10,704 nt of DNA from IMG/VR virus record IMGVR_UViG_3300029266_000643; one strand, 5' to 3'. Numbering within the stretch: the stretch's first letter is position 1; each line of letters begins with the position of its first letter. Below are positions 1 to 6,300 of the stretch, piece after piece. A model generated the notes under the pieces. It had not been told where the DNA came from. It ran no database searches and saw only the letters and a list, made by a program, of their open reading frames with translations. Origin of the DNA: a virus. Position numbers and translations under genes: made by a program.

Positions 1-768
1 AACATCATATGTAGAGTCATCTGGTTTAAGAGCAACCTTACCTGTAGACTCTCCTAATGTTTTCCAAAGTGGAATAGAATTATACATAGAGTGAATACCA
101 TACAAAGATGTAGTGGAAGCACCGACTAGGGTTTGCCCGTATGCTTTCTTCCAAGCATCTCTAACTACTGATGAAGTAACTAAACAAGCTACCAACTTAC
201 CACCTAAGAAGTTAAACCCTAATGGCTGAGCACAACAGATAGTTGTACCGATAGAGGTATATTTAAGTTTACCATCTTTAAATTTATTATCCTTAGACCA
301 ACCTATGAACTTATCTCTAGCTCCTAATGAAGTTACATCAGAACCCATACAGATAATTCCTAATATTTTACCTGTTGGTTTATCTTTAACATAGAACTTT
401 AAGTTTCTGCCAGGATTAGCAGTAAACTCCATAGTATGAATCAACCTACGAACCAATGTCCACATCTCATTCTGTTCTGTATTACCTTGTTCTGTTGCTT
501 CAACATAAGGTTCTAAGGCTTCTATCTCTTTGATAGTTTGTTCTTTATTGTTAATATCTTTAGGTAGCCAGATAGACTTTTCTATCTTAGAGAACTTAGA
601 TGCTTTTTGAGTCATTGAATAGACATCAGCATTAAACTCCATCCACTTTTTATATAATGTTTGTTCTTGAACTGACATAGACTTGAGGTAGTCTAAGTTA
701 CCTATAAACTTCTTGCGCTCGGCATCGAAGTCAAATTTTTCTTCATCGAAGAAATCATTAAATCCCAT
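1..768 (-). CDS. DUF4338 / Druantia DruA-like protein, N-terminal 256 aa (C-terminus beyond window)
   Basis: Hand translation of the complement from ATG at 768 is open to position 1: MGFNDFFDEEKFDFDAERKKFIGNLDYLKSMSVQEQTLYKKWMEFN...TANPGRNLKFYVKDKPTGKILGIICMGSDVTSLGARDKFIGWSKDNKFKDGKLKYTSIGTTICCAQPLGFNFLGGKLVACLVTSSVVRDAWKKAYGQTLVGASTTSLYGIHSMYNSIPLWKTLGESTGKVALKPDDSTYDV. The order G-(S)...LG-RD-x-x-IGW, then LGGKL, W..xYG, and W..LGxSTGK resembles the DUF4338 core. SD AAGGA lies upstream of the ATG. Confidence 0.7.
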   Translation of the reverse strand, partial: MGFNDFFDEEKFDFDAERKKFIGNLDYLKSMSVQEQTLYKKWMEFNADVYSMTQKASKFSKIEKSIWLPKDINNKEQTIKEIEALEPYVEATEQGNTEQNEMWTLVRRLIHTMEFTANPGRNLKFYVKDKPTGKILGIICMGSDVTSLGARDKFIGWSKDNKFKDGKLKYTSIGTTICCAQPLGFNFLGGKLVACLVTSSVVRDAWKKAYGQTLVGASTTSLYGIHSMYNSIPLWKTLGESTGKVALKPDDSTYDV

Positions 769-810
769 ATTGGATCCTTACTTTATTTATTTAATTATTA
801 ATCAAGTTTT

Positions 811-836
811 AAAAAAACTCCAGCATTTTACTGAGC
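811..836 (-). terminator. Rho-independent terminator between tRNA-Gly and the DruA-like gene
   Basis: Complement reads CTCAGTA-AAA-TGCTGGAG-TTTTTTT: 7 bp stem (one G-U pair, one bulged G), triloop, then a T run. Confidence 0.6.
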
Positions 837-850
837 TATAAAAATTTTGA

Positions 851-921
851 GCGGAGGATTGGAGTCGAACCAATATCTCTTCCTTGGAAAGAAAGTGTGT
901 TTCCTATAACACTTCCTCCGC
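851..921 (-). tRNA. tRNA-Gly(UCC)
   Basis: Complement folds as a cloverleaf of 71 nt: acceptor GCGGAGG/CCTCCGC (perfect), D arm GTGT/ACAC, anticodon arm CTTTC-TTTCCAA-GGAAG (anticodon TCC), T arm ATTGG-TTCGACT-CCAAT. 3' CCA not encoded. Confidence 0.93.
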
Positions 922-971
922 AATAATATATATCTATATACAACCTGAAATACAAATATATCTTTGGTTAG

Positions 972-1241
972 TTATGCTAATTCCAACATTGAAAATGGAA
1001 CGTTGTATGGCATAGTCATTCCACCTGGTATCGGAGCCATTTCAACAATAGCCTTTTTGATATTCATTTTGATGATTTTACCAGGAGTTTTTTTAGTTTT
1101 TTGAACTACAAAAACCTTAGCACCAACAGATAGTGCTGATTTACCTAATAGAGTTTTACATTCTTTAACGAATGATGATATTTCATTCAGTTCTGAAAGA
1201 CTGTTTAGTTTCATTATTTCTTGTTTTAGAGTTAGTTTCAT
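972..1241 (-). CDS. Small hypothetical phage protein, possibly SH3/KOW-like (VGAKVFVVQKTKKTPGKIIKM); start re-assigned from 1292 to 1241
   Basis: ORF track gives 972..1292. The internal Met (MKLTLKQEIM...) has SD AAAAGGA, and the upstream Met sits at the predicted transcription start of the promoter at 1301-1330. Confidence 0.75.
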   Translation of the reverse strand: MKLTLKQEIMKLNSLSELNEISSFVKECKTLLGKSALSVGAKVFVVQKTKKTPGKIIKMNIKKAIVEMAPIPGGMTMPYNVPFSMLELA

Positions 1242-1300
1242 ATCGTTTTTTCCTTTTATTTGATTTGAATTGTTAATTTTTGTCTCTCTCATTACACCTT

Positions 1301-1330
1301 ATTATACGAAAGAATTGCCATACGAGTCAA
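1301..1330 (-). promoter_or_regulatory. sigma70-like promoter (module copy 1)
   Basis: Complement: TTGACT (1330-1325) - 18 nt - TATAAT (1306-1301) followed by AAGGTGTAATGAGA. Confidence 0.75.
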
Positions 1331-1349
1331 GGTTTATTTTAATTTATTT

Positions 1350-1772
1350 TTAAAAAGTTAATGGTACTATGAATTTCTGTGTAATAAAAAGAGTTAATTT
1401 TGCTAGTTTGCTACTAACGTTAATAACTGCTGCTGGAAATGTTGGACTTGGTAATCCAAGAGACGCAACAGATTGTACAGTAGTAGAACCCACACCAGTT
1501 ACTATAATAGCTAAATCAGAAAGTACCTTACGAGCATCTTCTGGTCTTACCTTAGCGGTAGGTGGGCTTACCTGTAGTGGAAAGGCTGGTGTTAACATAG
1601 TAATAATAGTACCCATCGATGTGGTTATTATAGGAAAGGTTGTTGATAATGTAACTGACATAGCAGGACCATACCCAGCTGCAGTTAAACCAGCTGCTGT
1701 ATTAGCAGATGTGGCTGTTGTACAAGCCGCTACTGCGGCTGTAGCCGCTCCTAACATTATTATTGCTGACAT
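1350..1772 (-). CDS. Hypothetical Ala/Thr/Val-rich hydrophobic protein, 140 aa
   Basis: ORF with SD AAGGA upstream (AAATTTAAGGAAATAATATG); same strand as all neighbours and ends 20-60 nt upstream of the promoter at 1301-1330. Confidence 0.65.
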   Translation of the reverse strand: MSAIIMLGAATAAVAACTTATSANTAAGLTAAGYGPAMSVTLSTTFPIITTSMGTIITMLTPAFPLQVSPPTAKVRPEDARKVLSDLAIIVTGVGSTTVQSVASLGLPSPTFPAAVINVSSKLAKLTLFITQKFIVPLTF

Positions 1773-1790
1773 ATTATTTCCTTAAATTTG

Positions 1791-2206
1791 TGGAGCTGAG
1801 GGGGATCGAACCCCTGTCCAGTATGTATTCTCCAAAAAGTCATTCACAGCTTAGTTAAGTTCCTATTAGCAGTCACTTACAACGAACTTGTAACTTTACT
1901 CAGAGTTACCAACTGGTATTTCTTTATACTCTGATACAAAAGAGTTGGTGTCTAACTTATTTTATAACCGAGTGTTAGACAACTCAGTAACTTAAGCCGT
2001 GTAGGCGTAAGTTGGTTGGTCATTCTGAATAGGAGCGACAAAATTGTCAAATCCCATTTCAGCATTGGCTAAGTGCCAATCAATGTCCAACCCGGCTAAC
2101 GAATTAGATTCGTCTATTAGGTTTGTGAGTCTTTTGTTACGAGACATACTCAATCTCTGCTGCACTTTATTTTTAAATAACATCTGTCGATTTCCATTAC
2201 AGCCCC
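1791..2206 (-). ncRNA. ssrA: Transfer-messenger RNA (tmRNA), one-piece, 416 nt
   Basis: Complement starts GGGGCTGTAATGGAAATCGACAGATG (compare canonical GGGGCTGATTCTGGATTCGACGG) and ends GGACAGGGGTTCGATCCCCCTCAGCTCCA. Acceptor GGGGCTG/CAGCTCC pairs 7/7 (one G-U), T arm AGGGG-TTCGATC-CCCCT. Long-range helix CAGATGT(T)ATT (2187-2177) / AATACAT(A)CTG (1829-1819). AAAGTGCAGCAGAG resembles the PK1 region AAGGTGCATGCCGAG, and TTAACTAAGCTGT resembles TGACTAAGCATGT. An internal reading frame ends in TAA. CCA not encoded. Confidence 0.93.
1992..2036 (-). other. tmRNA tag-encoding frame, inferred tag APIQNDQPTYAYTA-stop
   Basis: Within the tmRNA, TTTTGTC-GCT CCT ATT CAG AAT GAC CAA CCA ACT TAC GCC TAC ACG GCT TAA. 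The context TTGTC-GCT parallels the canonical TAGTC-GCA resume site. The exact resume codon is inferred. Confidence 0.65.
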
Positions 2207-2210
2207 ATAT

Positions 2211-2360
2211 TTAAATATTTTCTAAATTATCTGACCAACCTTCGTCATCCTCAAAGTCATCACGACTTTCTAAATAAGCTATTATCTCTTTTATTAAATC
2301 CCAATTTTCTTCATCTCTAGCTTCTTTTAAACTTGTTAATACCCATTCTAAATCTAACAT
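2211..2360 (-). CDS. Small acidic protein, 49 aa (not in ORF track)
   Basis: Hand translation: MLDLEWVLTSLKEARDEENWDLIKEIIAYLESRDDFEDDEGWSDNLENI*; SD GGAG in AATAAGTGGAGATGTAAATG. Confidence 0.7.
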   Translation of the reverse strand: MLDLEWVLTSLKEARDEENWDLIKEIIAYLESRDDFEDDEGWSDNLENI

Positions 2361-2392
2361 TTACATCTCCACTTATTACTGATATAAATAGG

Positions 2393-2725
2393 TTAGGCTT
2401 TAAATTCTGATGTAATATCCTGTAATACCCTTTCTAACTTATCGCTTAGTTCGTCATTTAATTTAACATCGGGTATATTCTCTACAGTTTTATTTTTGGT
2501 AAAATCTACTTTTCTTGGGGATAATAATGTAACTAATACCGATAAACCAAATGCTTCTAAAACATTTATGGTTGGTAAATCAAATATAGCTGGCATTATC
2601 CAATTCCAAACTAAACATAGGGGTATACTAAGAGCTATACCAACAGTAAAAAATACTACAATACCAATTGACATTATTTTTAATGTCGGTGATATTATAT
2701 CCCAATATAATCTTATTTTATTCAT
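2393..2725 (-). CDS. Small membrane protein, 110 aa
   Basis: MNKIRLYWDIISPTLKIMSIGIVVFFTVGIALSIPLCLVWNWIMPAIFDLPTINVLEAFGLSVLVTLL...; at least two hydrophobic segments; start overlaps the upstream ORF stop (ATGA). Confidence 0.85.
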   Translation of the reverse strand: MNKIRLYWDIISPTLKIMSIGIVVFFTVGIALSIPLCLVWNWIMPAIFDLPTINVLEAFGLSVLVTLLSPRKVDFTKNKTVENIPDVKLNDELSDKLERVLQDITSEFKA

Positions 2726-2898
2726 AACTTTATTTTTTCCATAATTTTATCATTAATGTACATGCATACCATACCAATAGATGTTGTTACCAACCCTATA
2801 CACATAACTATACCAATGATTGGTGAAACGATAAGAAATATTAATAATCTGAAAAAATCAGATACTTCTTCTACTTTGAAAAAATTTCTTATATTCAT
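2722..2898 (-). CDS. Small membrane protein, 58 aa (not in ORF track)
   Basis: Hand translation: MNIRNFFKVEEVSDFFRLLIFLIVSPIIGIVMCIGLVTTSIGMVCMYINDKIMEKIKL*; strong SD AGGAG (AACAGGAGATAAAAATG); TGA overlaps the next ATG. Confidence 0.8.
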   Translation of the reverse strand: MNIRNFFKVEEVSDFFRLLIFLIVSPIIGIVMCIGLVTTSIGMVCMYINDKIMEKIKL

Positions 2899-2910
2899 TT
2901 TTATCTCCTG

Positions 2911-3474
2911 TTATCTTTTAAATATCTTAGAACCTACTTTAGAGTTTCTAATCTGAGTTATGGTATTTCTAATATCTCTCAAATCATTTTCAATTATATC
3001 AAACTTTTTTATAAGACTTAAATTGCTAGTTTCCATATCTGCTTTAAGTGAGTCTGTTTTTTCCCATACGTTCTTATTCTCTTCTACATTATAGCTTACT
3101 CTCCAATTATTTTGAACTGCATAAGCCTTATGTTCTTCTAATGTTAAAACAGTTTTAAATCTATCATTAATCTTCTGTTGTTGATTTGATATATCAATTA
3201 ATGCTTTATCTATCTCTTCACCATCTTCTACAATCTTACCAAGCCTATGCATATTGTCTAATAGCTTATTCAGCTCACTAACATAGAGTTGAACACTCTT
3301 AGGGTCTGATAACTTTTCGTATACTTCTATTCTACTTTTAAGCATATCATTATCAGCATTCAGTTCAGATTGCCGTTTGTCGTAATCTATTGAAAACTTT
3401 ATATGACCTGCTATTCCTAATACCCAAAGTATAGACCACACCACCACTATTGAATTTACTGTTTTACTCTTCAT
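2911..3474 (-). CDS. Membrane-anchored coiled-coil protein (start re-assigned from 3504 to 3474)
   Basis: MKSKTVNSIVVVWSILWVLGIAGHIKFSIDYDKRQSELNADNDMLKSRIEVYEKL...; one N-terminal TM then long helices; SD AGGAG directly before MKSKT. Confidence 0.8.
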   Translation of the reverse strand: MKSKTVNSIVVVWSILWVLGIAGHIKFSIDYDKRQSELNADNDMLKSRIEVYEKLSDPKSVQLYVSELNKLLDNMHRLGKIVEDGEEIDKALIDISNQQQKINDRFKTVLTLEEHKAYAVQNNWRVSYNVEENKNVWEKTDSLKADMETSNLSLIKKFDIIENDLRDIRNTITQIRNSKVGSKIFKR

Positions 3475-3484
3475 AAAATTTCTC

Positions 3485-3664
3485 CTATTGTTCTTCCTCA
3501 GCAACTGAGACTTCTTTAATATAATGTTCTGTACATCTAATTATGTTACCAGATATTGTTTCTATAGCATACATATGGGTGTCTTCATCAGGTATACCTA
3601 CTACCGTGCCACCATCTATTGAGTTTGCTTTAAACTGAACTTTATCGTTTATTTTATACTTCAT
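3485..3664 (-). CDS. Small hypothetical protein, 59 aa (not in ORF track)
   Basis: Hand translation: MKYKINDKVQFKANSIDGGTVVGIPDEDTHMYAIETISGNIIRCTEHYIKEVSVAEEEQ*; SD AGGAG (AATAGGAGTAATAATG). Pattern suggests a small beta-barrel/SH3-like fold. Confidence 0.75.
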   Translation of the reverse strand: MKYKINDKVQFKANSIDGGTVVGIPDEDTHMYAIETISGNIIRCTEHYIKEVSVAEEEQ

Positions 3665-3679
3665 TATTACTCCTATTTA

Positions 3680-4273
3680 TTATTTATTAATACAACATTT
3701 TTTAAATTTTTTGTTACTACCACAATGACAAGGTTCATTACGGCCTGGTTTCTTTTCAACTCTTATGGTAGTATCTACAGCCCTATCCAAACACCTTATA
3801 CCATTAAGGTGGTCTATCTCGTGTTGGATACAAACTGCTTCTAAGGTTCTTAGTTCTCTGTCATTTTCAATCTCACCATCTTCCCAACTACCTTTGCCAG
3901 ATTCTCCCTTATCAACACCACTAAAAATCCATTCACCTTCTACCTGTTCTGTTTTGATACGAACACTCTCATATCTTTTAGTATGGACACCCTTACCAGG
4001 ATAAGATAAACATCCTTCATAAAAAGAAATCTCATCCCAAGCTTCTACTATCTCAGGATTAATTAGTATGTAAGGTTCAGTAACATTAACAACAGCAACA
4101 GCAGCATCGATACCGACTTGATTAGCAGCGAGACCAATACCATCTTTACGTTTATTAAGAATCTCAAATAATTCTTTTGCAATCTCCATACCTTCATCCA
4201 AACTTACCTTTCGTAGTTTTTTCTGTATTACAGGATTCTCTTCTTTGAAACAATTAATTACTTTTTTCAACAT
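3680..4273 (-). CDS. def: Peptide deformylase with C-terminal SEC-C zinc-binding motif
   Basis: Three PDF motifs: GIGLAANQVG, EGCLSYPG, QHEIDHLNG. C-terminus GRNEPCHCGSNKKFKKCCINK is a SEC-C motif (CxCx8CC). Overlaps the upstream ORF by 20 nt. Confidence 0.95.
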   Translation of the reverse strand: MLKKVINCFKEENPVIQKKLRKVSLDEGMEIAKELFEILNKRKDGIGLAANQVGIDAAVAVVNVTEPYILINPEIVEAWDEISFYEGCLSYPGKGVHTKRYESVRIKTEQVEGEWIFSGVDKGESGKGSWEDGEIENDRELRTLEAVCIQHEIDHLNGIRCLDRAVDTTIRVEKKPGRNEPCHCGSNKKFKKCCINK

Positions 4274-4553
4274 ATCCTTGGGTCTTATCTACATCGATTT
4301 CTACACCATACTCTAAAAGTCTACCACAGTCAACACAAGATATAGGAGTGATACTCATATGCTTTGTATATTCTCTAAGATGTTCTTCGATATGCTGTTC
4401 AATCATCTTCCAATCATCAGCGTTCTTAACATTCATAATATCACGATCTCTGTCCACACCACAACAAGTAGTTAGCTGAGGACCTTTCTTTGCATTGGGA
4501 TTAGCTTTTCTTTTAAAGTAATCCCTATCCAATGGTTTGTTTCCTTTAGCCAT
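4254..4553 (-). CDS. Hypothetical Cys-containing protein, 99 aa, possible zinc-binding
   Basis: MAKGNKPLDRDYFKRKANPNAKKGPQLTTCCGVDRDRD...SCVDCGRLLEYG...; CC and CxxC pairs; overlaps def start. Confidence 0.75.
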   Translation of the reverse strand: MAKGNKPLDRDYFKRKANPNAKKGPQLTTCCGVDRDRDIMNVKNADDWKMIEQHIEEHLREYTKHMSITPISCVDCGRLLEYGVEIDVDKTQGYVEKSN

Positions 4554-4940
4554 TTAATCTCCGAACTTATGGTTTAAGAAGTCTTTCTGTTTCTGAACTG
4601 CTTTTTTAAGAACTGCTCTCTTCTCTTTTTCTCTAGCTATCATTATATCTTCTTTAGACCTACGTTTAGCTTTCTTCTTAGGTGGTTTAACCTTAGTAGG
4701 TTTTAAAGTTCCAAACAACTTAGGTTGTTCTTTACCTTTATGAAAAACATTACCATCTTTATCTACGAACTCAGCCATAAAGTGCCATCCAGCAGGACGA
4801 CCTGTAGATACTTTTTGTTTAGGTTCTTCTGGCATTCCTACCAGCATCATAGTACATACCGAACAAGTTACTTTAGTTATATCTTCTCCGATGTTTTCTA
4901 CTATACGATTACACTTATGACAAGTCATTGCATTACCCAT
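4554..4940 (-). CDS. Zinc-ribbon hypothetical phage protein, 128 aa
   Basis: CHKCNRIVENIGEDITKVTCSVC (CxxC..CxxC), GRPAGWHFMAEFVDKDGNVFHKG, basic C-terminus; SD AAGGA. Confidence 0.8.
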   Translation of the reverse strand: MGNAMTCHKCNRIVENIGEDITKVTCSVCTMMLVGMPEEPKQKVSTGRPAGWHFMAEFVDKDGNVFHKGKEQPKLFGTLKPTKVKPPKKKAKRRSKEDIMIAREKEKRAVLKKAVQKQKDFLNHKFGD

Positions 4941-5463
4941 TTGTTATTTCCTTTTCTTTTGTTAACCAATTTAATTTATATATATGCACACCTGTAAACT
5001 TATATGGTAACACGTGTTCCGATTCTAAAATATCTACTACGTTAACCCATTTAGGATTCATAGTATCTCTTACCTGATATACACCATCCTTACCTTCTGT
5101 TCCTTTAAGCAATACAAAATCACCATAGTCAAAAGGCCCACCCCATCGTTTGAGTAGGTTACGAGATAGCGCAACAAACTTATAGTTAGATGCTTTACTG
5201 ATACGAATCTTAGTTCCATCAGCAGTTATGTTTGGTGTATCATCACATTGAATTTCATTTGGTTGATACATTGTTACATCTACTTGGATGCCATATTCAT
5301 TGTAGTGAGATAACTCATCTCTCAACGTAGAATTTTCTGATTTCAACCTTTCAATATCATTGGAATACATTTCTTTATACTCCTCAAACATTTTGGTTGA
5401 GAAAAAACCATTAACTAATGTTACCGCTATTACAGCAGCTATTGCTTTCTTCATTGTTATCAT
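4933..5463 (-). CDS. N-terminally anchored protein with 3D (Asp-Asp-Asp) / double-psi barrel-like domain
   Basis: Hydrophobic N-terminus (KKAIAAVIAVTLVNGFF), then VTMYQPNEIQCDDTPNITADGTKI...FVALSRNLLKRWGGPFDYGDFVLLKGTEGKDGVYQVRDTMNPKWVNVVDIL, a 3D-domain-like pattern. Confidence 0.7.
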   Translation of the reverse strand: MITMKKAIAAVIAVTLVNGFFSTKMFEEYKEMYSNDIERLKSENSTLRDELSHYNEYGIQVDVTMYQPNEIQCDDTPNITADGTKIRISKASNYKFVALSRNLLKRWGGPFDYGDFVLLKGTEGKDGVYQVRDTMNPKWVNVVDILESEHVLPYKFTGVHIYKLNWLTKEKEITNG

Positions 5464-5690
5464 TATTTTACTCCGTATTGTTGTTTAAAAGAATCACTTA
5501 TTTGTTTAGTATGCTTACATCTTCTCCTATAAGTATAACCTAAACAGTTACAACTGTAATTTCTGTGATACTTATCCCACTTTACAGTATACTTTTTATC
5601 TCTAGACCCATCAACACGCCATTGATTAGGCACTATGATTTCGCCGTCAAATTTTGTCATAACTAAATCTGTTAATTGTTGATTAGTCAT
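5463..5690 (-). CDS. SWIM-type zinc finger mini-protein, 75 aa
   Basis: YSCNCLGYTYRRRCKHTKQI matches CxCxnCxH; stop/start overlap (TAATG) with the next gene. Confidence 0.8.
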   Translation of the reverse strand: MTNQQLTDLVMTKFDGEIIVPNQWRVDGSRDKKYTVKWDKYHRNYSCNCLGYTYRRRCKHTKQISDSFKQQYGVK

Positions 5691-5693
5691 TAT

Positions 5694-5972
5694 TTATCTC
5701 CACGCTCCAGTTAACTGAGAAATTGGAACATCCCTATATTCGTTTTTTTCCCAATCATAATCAGAATCTTGTTGATTTAACATAATCTTATCATAGTCAC
5801 TCATCAACTCTGTCATTAGCTTATCCCTACCATTAGGCCCCATCCAATTCATTCTATGAAACTTACCATCTACTTTTAACTCGACAACTTTGATACAGTT
5901 ATCAAGTGAAGAGTAACAATACTCTGCTTGAATCTCTGAACCACTCCACTCTGTATTATATACGTAACTCAT
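5694..5972 (-). CDS. Hypothetical protein, 92 aa
   Basis: ORF in a compact same-strand array; 3 nt from its downstream neighbour. Confidence 0.7.
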   Translation of the reverse strand: MSYVYNTEWSGSEIQAEYCYSSLDNCIKVVELKVDGKFHRMNWMGPNGRDKLMTELMSDYDKIMLNQQDSDYDWEKNEYRDVPISQLTGAWR

Positions 5973-5985
5973 CTATTTCTCCTTT

Positions 5986-6300
5986 TTAATTAAAAACTCT
6001 ACCAAAAAATTCTTTTTTACTAATCATACCATATTTGAAGTTAGACTTCAATACCTTATTAACTAAGACATGATTATAAAAATCCATTGGAATACCAGCA
6101 CCATCACAAACAAACTCATAGTTTTTTAAGAACCTATCAATGCTGTTACCTTTGAAAAAGTAATCTCTTTCGTATTGAAGGTTTTGAGTTTGAGCCCATA
6201 AAGTTTTAGTACCACGTTTATTTATACTCTCTGAAACAAGATGTATAGTACCACTTTTTTTATTAACCCAATAACCATCTAAAATTAAATCTCTATTCAT
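5986..6300 (-). CDS. Hypothetical protein (start re-assigned from 6318 to 6300)
   Basis: MNRDLILDGYWVNKKSGTIHLVSESINKRG...; SD AAAGGA precedes the internal Met. The upstream Met coincides with the predicted +1 region of the promoter at 6327-6356. Confidence 0.75.
   Translation of the reverse strand: MNRDLILDGYWVNKKSGTIHLVSESINKRGTKTLWAQTQNLQYERDYFFKGNSIDRFLKNYEFVCDGAGIPMDFYNHVLVNKVLKSNFKYGMISKKEFFGRVFN

Noticed and set aside
784-791. T4-like late promoter motif AATAAATA (also at 3674-3681 and 8152-8159) on the minus strand
   Set aside because: Each lies 9-15 nt from the start codon, and two directly abut the SD (AATAAATAGGAG), so transcription starting downstream would largely exclude the SD. 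In AT-rich DNA these are likely A-rich ribosome-site context; genome-wide enrichment or dRNA-seq would be needed.
1369-1785. Plus-strand 138-aa ORF
   Set aside because: No SD, opposite to all other genes, and antisense to an ORF (1350..1772) with a good SD; likely a shadow ORF.
1992-2183. 63-aa ORF in the supplied track
   Set aside because: It lies entirely within the tmRNA; only its last 14 codons plus stop are likely translated, as the tag.
1791-2206. tmRNA as a prophage attachment site
   Set aside because: tmRNA genes are common integration sites, but the gene here is embedded in continuous phage genes with no integrase, no duplicated 3' end and no host flank visible.
2496-2956. Plus-strand ORFs 2496..2744 and 2756..2956
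   Set aside because: Antisense to supported minus-strand membrane protein genes and lacking independent support.
3765-4004. Plus-strand 79-aa ORF
   Set aside because: Antisense to the peptide deformylase catalytic region.
4725-4997. Plus-strand 90-aa ORF
   Set aside because: Antisense to the zinc-ribbon and 3D-domain genes; hydrophobic content is a by-product of the complementary strand.
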